Source of the DNA: a virus
Virus record (IMG/VR): IMGVR_UViG_3300000115_000005
Length of the DNA: 64,000 nucleotides
Reading direction: 5' to 3' (one strand)
The position numbers were made by a program, and so were the translations under genes. The notes beneath the pieces are model-generated. The model saw only the letters and a list, made by a program, of their open reading frames with translations. It did no database searches and was not told the origin of the DNA. Shown in pieces: positions 56,298 to 64,000 of the stretch (its first letter is position 1; every line of letters starts with the position of its first letter).

Positions 56298-57386
56298 CTA
56301 TCCTTTTATATATTGTTTAAATTTAACCAGTTGTCCTGGTGTCATTCTCTTATAATTTTTTACTACTTTATCCGTGCCCTCTTCTCCAGCTCCGTATTCT
56401 TCTTCAACACTACCTTTTTTATAATATGGATTTTTTGGGTTAGCATCTTCACTTTCATCTGGCCACCAATCATTAGTGTAAGTTTTACCAGATTCATTCA
56501 TCTTAATCATGTCTTTTATTCTTTTTTCATATTCATCTTTACTAGGTTTCACCCTCTTTGCAACAACATCAAGAACATAATTAAGTGTTACTGCATTTGC
56601 TGTAAGTGAACCACATCTAGCACCAACTTGATTTTTTAGAAAGTCAATTAAAATACTTTCACTACTATTTGCCAAAGGGTCAGCTAAATCATGTGGCACT
56701 TTTAAGTCAACATAACTATACACGAAATCATAGTGTGGTGCAGGTGATCCATGTAAGATGTATTCATCTTTTACAACTATTCTTTGAAAGCCATCTTTTG
56801 CATACCAAACAGCTCTATGATCTGTAAGTTCATCTGGTTGACCAAAAGTTTTTGTTAAATGTTTTGTGTACTTTACTGGTTCTTCATTTTTCCAGTTTTC
56901 TAATGGTGAATTTTTCATTTCGTTTACGCTCTTGTGTAGTTTAACTCCTGTAACATTATGAATCAAATCACGAAATTCTTTATGATTTTTATTTTTAATA
57001 TGTGAATTCAATTTTCTTTTTTGGTTAGGTGTAGCTTTTGAATGAAACTTCACTAACTCCATAACTCCAAGATTACCAGAATATGCAGCTTCATTCATTT
57101 TCTTTGTTTTCTTTTTCATAACATTAATAAAACTACGATACACAGCGGCTGCACCTGTTTTACCCATTACTCTAGCTCTTTGTTCCATAGCTATCGCTGC
57201 TTGAATCTTATGGGCGTGTGATCGTCCGCTTGACTTAATTTTTCGTACTGAAGCTTCTGCATCAGACTTACTTGCGAATTTGAGCCCGTGAATGGTTCCT
57301 TTCGGATCCTCGTCTGTGTAGAGGTCTGAGTGCTTTTTAGATTTTGCTGGTTGACCCGATTTTCTTGAGATTCTTGGATTACTCAT
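56298..57386 (-). CDS. Modular phage protein
   Basis: KHSDLYTDEDPKGTIHGL module plus further modules joined at MNE/VNE/VEE. Confidence 0.6.
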   Translation of the reverse strand: MSNPRISRKSGQPAKSKKHSDLYTDEDPKGTIHGLKFASKSDAEASVRKIKSSGRSHAHKIQAAIAMEQRARVMGKTGAAAVYRSFINVMKKKTKKMNEAAYSGNLGVMELVKFHSKATPNQKRKLNSHIKNKNHKEFRDLIHNVTGVKLHKSVNEMKNSPLENWKNEEPVKYTKHLTKTFGQPDELTDHRAVWYAKDGFQRIVVKDEYILHGSPAPHYDFVYSYVDLKVPHDLADPLANSSESILIDFLKNQVGARCGSLTANAVTLNYVLDVVAKRVKPSKDEYEKRIKDMIKMNESGKTYTNDWWPDESEDANPKNPYYKKGSVEEEYGAGEEGTDKVVKNYKRMTPGQLVKFKQYIKG

Positions 57387-57679
57387 TGACCTCTCGTTAA
57401 TTTTAAAACTCTTTGCATTTGTTTTTCTAATAAATTACCACGATTGGGCCAATGGATATAGGCCTGCTCTCTGGATTTATATAGGTTAGTTAAGAAAGGC
57501 ATAATTAATTGTTCTAGCTCTTTCAGCCTATCTTTGTATGATTCTACTGTTAAATCTTTTTGATAATTAGTTTTTTCTAATTCGTCTTTGACTTTTTCAT
57601 ATTCTGTTTCATCAACAGCAGTAAATCCAAAATCAATGTCTCCATACTCTTGTAATATTTTATCTATATCGTATGCCAT
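57383..57679 (-). CDS. Conserved T4-like hypothetical protein
   Basis: DFGFTAVDE...PFL.NL....YIHWPNR. Confidence 0.65.
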   Translation of the reverse strand: MAYDIDKILQEYGDIDFGFTAVDETEYEKVKDELEKTNYQKDLTVESYKDRLKELEQLIMPFLTNLYKSREQAYIHWPNRGNLLEKQMQRVLKLTRGQ

Positions 57680-57680
57680 T

Positions 57681-58910
57681 TTACTTGTCCCAAGTTTTTT
57701 TAGCCGTGAAATTCTGATGTGAAAATTCTAGTCGATCAACAAGTTTCAATGCACCACCAGATAGCTTATCTACGGCAACAAAACCCTCTGGATTGGTGAT
57801 TCTAAATCCATCATCTGTTCTGACAAATGTATTTGTAACTTGTCGCATCTCTTGTAACTTACGAATGATGATTGTTTTTGATTCAACAATTGAGTTCATC
57901 AAGTTAAATATTTCAATTAGTTGTCTAGCTGAACCTCTTAAAAATCTCATCACTTCATTTTTTTCTTTTTGCCTTTTCTTTTTTGTATCTTCTCTTTTAG
58001 CTTTAATTATTTCTTTGTTCAATTTATTTTCTACATATCTAATTAAGTTTACAGTATGTGTAGAGGTGTTTCTAATCTTTTGGCCTTGTCTGACCATTTG
58101 ATTATTAAATATCTTTATTTCACCAAGTATTTTATCATTAACTGATAGACGATTCAATACTAATGAGTTTATCTTCTGTAATGTTTTACCTGCTTGTGAA
58201 AGTATATTGGTTATTTGTTTTGTTTCTGCTTCTGTAAATGTTGCTGTGCCAGAGGCATTGACAAAAGAAGCATCACGAAACCAAATATCTTTTGTTGGTT
58301 TTAATCTACCAATATCAATATTAAAAGATGGCTTCATTGTGTCTAAACTTCTACCTGAATATGAAGTATGAAAAACAATACCAAGTTGAGCTGCTTGCAT
58401 AGTTTTAGCAAGTGGTGTTGATTCTGGTACAGCGTAGACAATAGTGTTTGGTTGAAATGTGATGTATTTCTCTCCATCTATTTGTTCTTTTTTTATATCA
58501 CCTTTTGTAAACATCATATCGCCTTGCAATACACCTTTGATACCAAGTTTTGGTAAAAATGCCAAGGCTACTTTTAGTTTTTCATTTAAGCCACCACTTG
58601 GGTGATTTCTATCTATGTCTCTATCTGTATAGTTTAATTTTGGTGCTCTGTTAAAAACAGATTTAGTACCAACAAAAAACTTACCATTCTTTGGATTGAT
58701 ACCTGCGAAAACAGCTGGGGCACCATCCCATTTTGTTGTGACATTTATTTTTGATGTTGAACTACCTGCAAGCATATCTCTCAATGATTGTAGAAAGTTA
58801 ATTGATTCTCTGGCGCCAGTAACACCACGATTTAAAACATTATCTTCTAAATGTTCTAAATGAAGATTTTTATCTTGTCTGGCTTCTTCTAAAAATTCTG
58901 TGAAATTCAT
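57681..58910 (-). CDS. Conserved T4-like protein with ligase-type nucleotidyltransferase motifs
   Basis: KNLHLEHLED; TKWDG (KxDG), LQGD, EGFV, LKLV; N-terminus MNFTEFLEE. Confidence 0.6.
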   Translation of the reverse strand: MNFTEFLEEARQDKNLHLEHLEDNVLNRGVTGARESINFLQSLRDMLAGSSTSKINVTTKWDGAPAVFAGINPKNGKFFVGTKSVFNRAPKLNYTDRDIDRNHPSGGLNEKLKVALAFLPKLGIKGVLQGDMMFTKGDIKKEQIDGEKYITFQPNTIVYAVPESTPLAKTMQAAQLGIVFHTSYSGRSLDTMKPSFNIDIGRLKPTKDIWFRDASFVNASGTATFTEAETKQITNILSQAGKTLQKINSLVLNRLSVNDKILGEIKIFNNQMVRQGQKIRNTSTHTVNLIRYVENKLNKEIIKAKREDTKKKRQKEKNEVMRFLRGSARQLIEIFNLMNSIVESKTIIIRKLQEMRQVTNTFVRTDDGFRITNPEGFVAVDKLSGGALKLVDRLEFSHQNFTAKKTWDK

Positions 58911-59998
58911 TTTTTTACACCTGCGTATTGTAACTTTAACATAACTAGTTTACCTAGTTTACCTTTTGGACTACTTCTTCTAAAACCTGCATCACTCCTG
59001 GTTGTCATTTTAAGAGTGAGTTTTTTATTTGCTTTATCCATTAAATCAATAAACCACTCTTGAACAGAATTTTTATTCAAATAAGCTTTAACTTTAGTAA
59101 CTTTATCTATAAAATTAACTAATGGGTCGCCTTTTTCTTCAGCTTTTGCACCAACAGCTTTAACTAAAATTAAAGGTATCTCACCTTTTTGTGGAGCTTT
59201 TTGTAATCTAAATTCAGTCATAATCCATTCTTTGGTAGTTTTTACATCTTTATTTACTATTTTTACTAATTGTTCTCTGCTTATTTTATTTTGTTCAATA
59301 TATAATTCGTCAAATTTTCTAAGATTATTTTCATATAATTTGATTAAAGATTCTTTAAGAGTATCATTCATTTTTATACTCTTACCTCTATATTCATAAT
59401 AATTTTTTTCAGTAACACTTTTTGGAGCACCAACTTTTGAGTAAACATTTTCCCAAAGTCTTTTTTTTAATTTATCTTCTGCTTTAGAATCTATTTTTTC
59501 ATAGTAAGGCTGTTTTAAAGTTGTTCTAACATATGTATTTAATAAAGGTTCAGCTGATTTTTCTGTTCCAGCTTTTAAACTAATACCACTAATTGAGCTA
59601 TCTTTAAACATAAAAAAAATATCACCGGGATGATTAGATGGCACACCTTTTGGTTTAATTCTATAACCCCAAAAAACATTTTTTATTGGATTTGAGTCGT
59701 TTGTTTCATAGATATAATTTGTAATAGCAAAAGCATTATCTAATTTTTCCTTTAACAATCTAGGTTGTATTCTACTAAACGCATCTAATATAAATTTTTC
59801 AGCATTTGGTACATCACCCGGTGTGGTAAAACTTTTTTTAGATTTAGTGCTAGATAGATTTACAGTCTTAATAAATTCACCTAAATCCTCACCATTTTTC
59901 GGTTTAAACCCATTATTAAAAGCTAAAGCTGGGAATAATTCCGTAATCGTAGAATTTATTGTAGTCTGTTGACCGCCTGTTAAATATTTTGCCATCAT
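58907..59998 (-). CDS. PD-(D/E)xK nuclease-like protein
   Basis: TE, PGDIF...GISLK; CATAAATA at 60000-60007 upstream. Confidence 0.55.
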   Translation of the reverse strand: MMAKYLTGGQQTTINSTITELFPALAFNNGFKPKNGEDLGEFIKTVNLSSTKSKKSFTTPGDVPNAEKFILDAFSRIQPRLLKEKLDNAFAITNYIYETNDSNPIKNVFWGYRIKPKGVPSNHPGDIFFMFKDSSISGISLKAGTEKSAEPLLNTYVRTTLKQPYYEKIDSKAEDKLKKRLWENVYSKVGAPKSVTEKNYYEYRGKSIKMNDTLKESLIKLYENNLRKFDELYIEQNKISREQLVKIVNKDVKTTKEWIMTEFRLQKAPQKGEIPLILVKAVGAKAEEKGDPLVNFIDKVTKVKAYLNKNSVQEWFIDLMDKANKKLTLKMTTRSDAGFRRSSPKGKLGKLVMLKLQYAGVKK

Positions 59999-60016
59999 GT
60001 ATTTATGATAACACGA

Positions 60017-61135
60017 TTATCGAATTATGTCAATCTCTTTATCACCTGTCCATACTTCTAAGTCTTTTCTGAGTCTTTTGTCGTTTTTAAGAGACATATA
60101 TCTGCTTGAGGCCTTCTTGACCCACCATTTAAATATATTCTCCAGATAGTGTTTATCGTGGTTATCCTTGTCTGGAATCAACTTATCTGTCTTACCAGTC
60201 ACTACATCAACAAAGTTTGAGAAACCATAATTACAAGCGTAATATCGTTTCTTTTCAGTTAAATTAAGAGCTTTATTGATTGTTTTATTATATCTTTCCA
60301 AATCCTCACCATCTAAATTAGCCTTGATAAGAGCCTGTATTTTTGTAGATATTTTAAGTTTTCTTGATGAGGCATCTTCTGGTACTATCGGTTCACCAAC
60401 AGCTTTTTCCATATAATCTCTTAAATCTTCATATGGTTTGCCGTGCATCAACGGTAAAAAATTAGAATCTGTAAGACCTTTAAATCGTAAAAATGGCTTC
60501 ATGCCATCATACTGTGAACTAGACTTTGATGAACCATACAAACTGGTCGTTTCAAATAAACAAGTATTCATACCTGGATATTTTGTATTCATTCTTTCAC
60601 GAACAAAGTGTGAACAACAAATACCAGCCAATAATTTACCACCAAGGTAATTAAAACCAAATGGTTGTGATGGCACAATTGCAAAACCCATAATTGATGT
60701 TTTATTAAATGATACTGCTGTTTTAGCATCTTGTGTAAAAACACAATCTAATAGTTGATTTCTTGGTTTCATATTAATTACAGGAGAACCAATACGAATA
60801 AAACCAAGCCACTTTTTACTATTCGTTTCTAATACACCTAATCGTAATGATTTTCCTGGAATACTTGTCATATTGGAATGAGATGAAATAATTTTAACAT
60901 AAATGTCCCACATATTTTGGTTCATTTCATGTATTTCTATATTCATATCTTCTGGGTGCATATCAAAGTTATCAAATAAATCTATTTCAGGTCCCATTCC
61001 TGGTAATCCAAAGGACATTTTTTCAACTGTACTTACTTTTTGATCACGAATATAATCTGCAATACCATCAAATTTATCAAAGTAATCTGAGAATACTTTG
61101 GCACCGTGTATAGCTTGTTCTTTAGTTATTTTCAT
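60017..61135 (-). CDS. DUF4338/DruA-like conserved phage protein
   Basis: GFNYLGGKLLA, ETTSLYG..SQYDG. Confidence 0.6.
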   Translation of the reverse strand: MKITKEQAIHGAKVFSDYFDKFDGIADYIRDQKVSTVEKMSFGLPGMGPEIDLFDNFDMHPEDMNIEIHEMNQNMWDIYVKIISSHSNMTSIPGKSLRLGVLETNSKKWLGFIRIGSPVINMKPRNQLLDCVFTQDAKTAVSFNKTSIMGFAIVPSQPFGFNYLGGKLLAGICCSHFVRERMNTKYPGMNTCLFETTSLYGSSKSSSQYDGMKPFLRFKGLTDSNFLPLMHGKPYEDLRDYMEKAVGEPIVPEDASSRKLKISTKIQALIKANLDGEDLERYNKTINKALNLTEKKRYYACNYGFSNFVDVVTGKTDKLIPDKDNHDKHYLENIFKWWVKKASSRYMSLKNDKRLRKDLEVWTGDKEIDIIR

Positions 61136-62541
61136 ATTTTAAAGTCACCGAATTTGTCATCAAATCTTTTCTCATTCTTACCAAATGAATTTAGAGGTTT
61201 ATCAGGACCTTTGTCATCTTGACCAGATTCTATAATGCCATCTTGACCCGATTGTTCTACATCATATAACTTCATTTTAGCTCTATCAACACCAACGATA
61301 AACTTTTTGAAATAACTTGGATCTGCATAACGATTCTTTTGTTGTTTCACAAGTATTTGATTGAGTTGTTCTAGTTCTTCATTTGATACAATAGAAAACA
61401 TAAAGTCTGCTGTTGCAGGTAAACCAAATGATTCTGAAACATCTTCAAGACCTGGATCTGAGTTTGTATAACCAGACCTAGTTGTTTGTGTTGCTGATAC
61501 AACTGGTAACTCATACTCAACTGCAAGGCCTCTTAATTCTTCTGCAATGGCCTTTATGAATGTATATGAATTAATATTATTACCAGGTTTCATTCTTGCT
61601 GAAGTACAAATATTTAAGTAATCAACAAATATTATATCAGGTTTGAATTGTTTTTTCAATGTTAACTCACTTAATAATGCACGAAAATGTAAAGTAGATG
61701 CAGCTGCTGTTGGATATTCTTTAATGATTAATTGGCCTTGTGTCTTTGCTTTTAATACATTAAACTTAGCTTCGTAATCTTCTTTTGAAACTGATCTCAA
61801 ATCATTCAAACTAATATTTAATAAGTTAGCATCAATTCTTTCTGCAATCTTTTCTTCAGCCATTTCCATGGTAATGTATAAAACATTATTACCTTGAGAT
61901 ATACAAGCTGATGCCATATGACACATAAACAAACTTTTACCAACACCTGTACCTGCCATAATTACATTCAAGGTTTTAATTGGTAAACCACCTTTTGTAA
62001 TCTTATTAAATATATCAAGATCAAAGCTCACTCTATTTTCAACTTTATGATAAAAATCAAATCTTTCACTAAAATCATTTATGTAATCATGACCAATGTG
62101 TGTATCAAAAGAAACACCAAGTGCATCACTTAAAAGTTTTGGTATTTCACCTTTAGATTTTTTTGTATTTTTATCATCAAGAATAGAAACAGAGTTCATG
62201 ATGGCATTGTAAATGGCCTTATCTTGACAAAACTTTTCAGTTTGGTCTATAAGCCAATTCAATTCTACTTCTTCATCTTTACTCTTTTTTATTTCTTGTA
62301 GAAGCTCTATTGATTTAGAAACTTCATCTTCTGTAAGATTTTTCTTTTCTGTAAAATTAATTACAAGAACTTCATGTGTAGGAAGATTTTCATATTCATT
62401 TACAAAATCAAAAATTTCACGAAATACTTTCCTTTCTACTGACTCTGAAAAGTAATCAGGTTGTATAAAAGGTAAAACTTTTCGGGTAAACTCTTCATTG
62501 TAAACTAAGTTTTTCAGTATTGTCTGTTCTAGTCTCATCAT
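61132..62541 (-). CDS. gp41: Replicative helicase (T4 gp41)
   Basis: AGTGVGKS, TMEMAEE, IKEYPT, VDYLNI, SATQTTR, SESFGLPATAD. Confidence 0.96.
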   Translation of the reverse strand: MMRLEQTILKNLVYNEEFTRKVLPFIQPDYFSESVERKVFREIFDFVNEYENLPTHEVLVINFTEKKNLTEDEVSKSIELLQEIKKSKDEEVELNWLIDQTEKFCQDKAIYNAIMNSVSILDDKNTKKSKGEIPKLLSDALGVSFDTHIGHDYINDFSERFDFYHKVENRVSFDLDIFNKITKGGLPIKTLNVIMAGTGVGKSLFMCHMASACISQGNNVLYITMEMAEEKIAERIDANLLNISLNDLRSVSKEDYEAKFNVLKAKTQGQLIIKEYPTAAASTLHFRALLSELTLKKQFKPDIIFVDYLNICTSARMKPGNNINSYTFIKAIAEELRGLAVEYELPVVSATQTTRSGYTNSDPGLEDVSESFGLPATADFMFSIVSNEELEQLNQILVKQQKNRYADPSYFKKFIVGVDRAKMKLYDVEQSGQDGIIESGQDDKGPDKPLNSFGKNEKRFDDKFGDFKI

Positions 62542-63562
62542 TGTCTAATATATTCCCATAACCTATTTGATATTTTTCTTGTACGAATGTTTTAAACTGC
62601 TTGTCATTTAATATATCATACCAGAATTCTTTTGTTTGTGTGGCATCAAAGCGTACTTTATCACCAATTTCGCCTGTTGTTCTATCTACTTTTGCATACC
62701 AACCTGGAGAAGGTTTAGCTACATACTGACCTTCAATTGCAATATCAAGTAATCCAGAATACTTTTGAATACCACCATTAAATGATACTGAAACTGGTAT
62801 CTTAGACTTTTCTTTTACAAATCTAGATTTTTCCACATTAATAATAAAATTATAGCCTGTAATATCTTTACCTGTTTTTTCTTGTTGTCTACCAAGAATC
62901 CAAATTGTATCGGCTGAGTAATAAGATCCTGTGCCACCACCAACAATATCTTTAGGGAACATACCAATTTCTTTGTAAGTATGATTAACAACAACTAAAG
63001 GTATATCTTTGATTGTAAGATGTGGTGTTATCATTCTAAACAGAGATTTAATACTTTTAGCTCTTGTCATATCTGCAACTGATCTACCTTCAAGTGAATC
63101 TTCAATTTCTTTTTTAGATGCAAGATTACCAACAGAATCTAAAATAAAAATAACTTTATCTTCACTTGTAATATCACCCAATTGATTCATAATATCATGT
63201 TTCAATTCTTCAACATTTGTAACAGGTGTATGTAATACTCTTTCCATATCAACATCAAATGTTTCAAAATACTTTTGTGGAGTACCAAACTCTGAATCAT
63301 AAAATATGACCACGGCATCTTTATATTTCTTTAGATATGATGATGCCATCAATAAAGCAAAGGCACTCTTAAAATGTTTTGAAGGCCCAGCTAACATAGT
63401 TAAGCCTGGAACAATGCCACCATCAAGTGAACCTGAAAGTGCAACATTAACTATCGGTACACTTGTTTGTACCATATCTTTTTTATTAAAAAATTTTGAC
63501 TTTGATAATATAGCCGAATCTTTAATTGTAGTATTCTTTTTCAATCTATCTAATAAACTCAT
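62495..63562 (-). CDS. uvsX: RecA-like recombinase
   Basis: AGPSKHFKS, YDSEFG, DSVGNLASKKE, VNHTY. Confidence 0.96.
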   Translation of the reverse strand: MSLLDRLKKNTTIKDSAILSKSKFFNKKDMVQTSVPIVNVALSGSLDGGIVPGLTMLAGPSKHFKSAFALLMASSYLKKYKDAVVIFYDSEFGTPQKYFETFDVDMERVLHTPVTNVEELKHDIMNQLGDITSEDKVIFILDSVGNLASKKEIEDSLEGRSVADMTRAKSIKSLFRMITPHLTIKDIPLVVVNHTYKEIGMFPKDIVGGGTGSYYSADTIWILGRQQEKTGKDITGYNFIINVEKSRFVKEKSKIPVSVSFNGGIQKYSGLLDIAIEGQYVAKPSPGWYAKVDRTTGEIGDKVRFDATQTKEFWYDILNDKQFKTFVQEKYQIGYGNILDNDETRTDNTEKLSLQ

Positions 63563-64000
63563 TTAACTATCCTTCATTTTTGTGATTTGATTTCTTGGCA
63601 CTAGCATTTTATCCTTGTCTATAAAGAAGGAGTCTAAACTAGGACTAGGTGGTAAGTCAAGCTTTTTTTTCTTGTTTACCTTTTTTATTATAGTTTTAGG
63701 TTTTTCATTTTTATATTTTCTGTAAGATTGATTTGCGGCTATGAGTAATAATACCGCAAGAGGATCAAAAACAAATATGATTATAAAAATTACAGTTCTT
63801 ACAGCTTTATCTATAAATTGAGGGTCACCTTCACCATATAAAAACTCGGCGATAAACATAATTGGTCCAACTTCTGCTTTTAATATATTCTCTTGCCTCA
63901 GCAGAGGTAATTTTTCTTTTGTAAGTTCTACCAATTGTGCTTGTGCATTTCGTATTTGTCTATCTGTTGTTCTTGCAACTTTCTCAGGATCATCACCTGC
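63563..64000 (-). CDS. Conserved membrane/coiled-coil protein, 3' part (runs off window end)
   Basis: AEVGPIMFIAE...IFVFDPLAVLLLIAA. Confidence 0.65.
   Translation of the reverse strand, partial: AGDDPEKVARTTDRQIRNAQAQLVELTKEKLPLLRQENILKAEVGPIMFIAEFLYGEGDPQFIDKAVRTVIFIIIFVFDPLAVLLLIAANQSYRKYKNEKPKTIIKKVNKKKKLDLPPSPSLDSFFIDKDKMLVPRNQITKMKDS

Noticed and set aside
60017-61135. Druantia defence system
   Set aside because: A single DruA-like gene next to gp41 with no DruE-like helicase or other partners
295-63566. Numerous 60-140 aa plus-strand ORFs opposite minus-strand genes (e.g. 36810-37124, 44603-45025, 57793-58101)
   Set aside because: Antisense shadows of well-supported genes, with no recognisable motifs

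Overview
AT-rich 64 kb segment of a T4-like myovirus genome. Core genes are rnh, nrdA, nrdB, thyX, gp61 primase, gp41 helicase and uvsX, with TATAAATA-type late promoters and one tRNA-Pro. Genes are almost all on the minus strand, apart from a plus-strand island at 8.9-14.0 kb. The likely host is a methylotrophic betaproteobacterium (Methylophilaceae/OM43-like); this is an inference from the auxiliary genes. Main observations: (1) A 25-aa pqqA gene (PQQ precursor), missed by the ORF track, with its own RBS and terminator. Together with a full-length NAD-dependent formate dehydrogenase, a c-type cytochrome, an alternative oxidase, IscU and ErpA, it forms a candidate phage-encoded C1-oxidation/energy module. 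(2) Three promoter-driven, structured non-coding loci (3.0-3.3, 21.8-22.4 and 24.1-24.3 kb). They include a tRNA-like RNA with a 48-nt D-loop, an H-type pseudoknot, a shared AGUAGUAA motif and an AACUG-repeat RNA. (3) An early region built from about 11 related sigma70 promoter cassettes, six with an upstream 18-bp TGT-N12-ACA-type palindrome. (4) A set of proteins with T4 capsid-targeting-like N-termini and repeated putative prohead-protease sites, including an RNA-ligase-like protein and a nucleotidyltransferase-kinase fusion. (5) A glutaredoxin domain inserted in the NrdA C-terminal tail. All calls come from motif recognition by eye; no database searches or folding programs were run.
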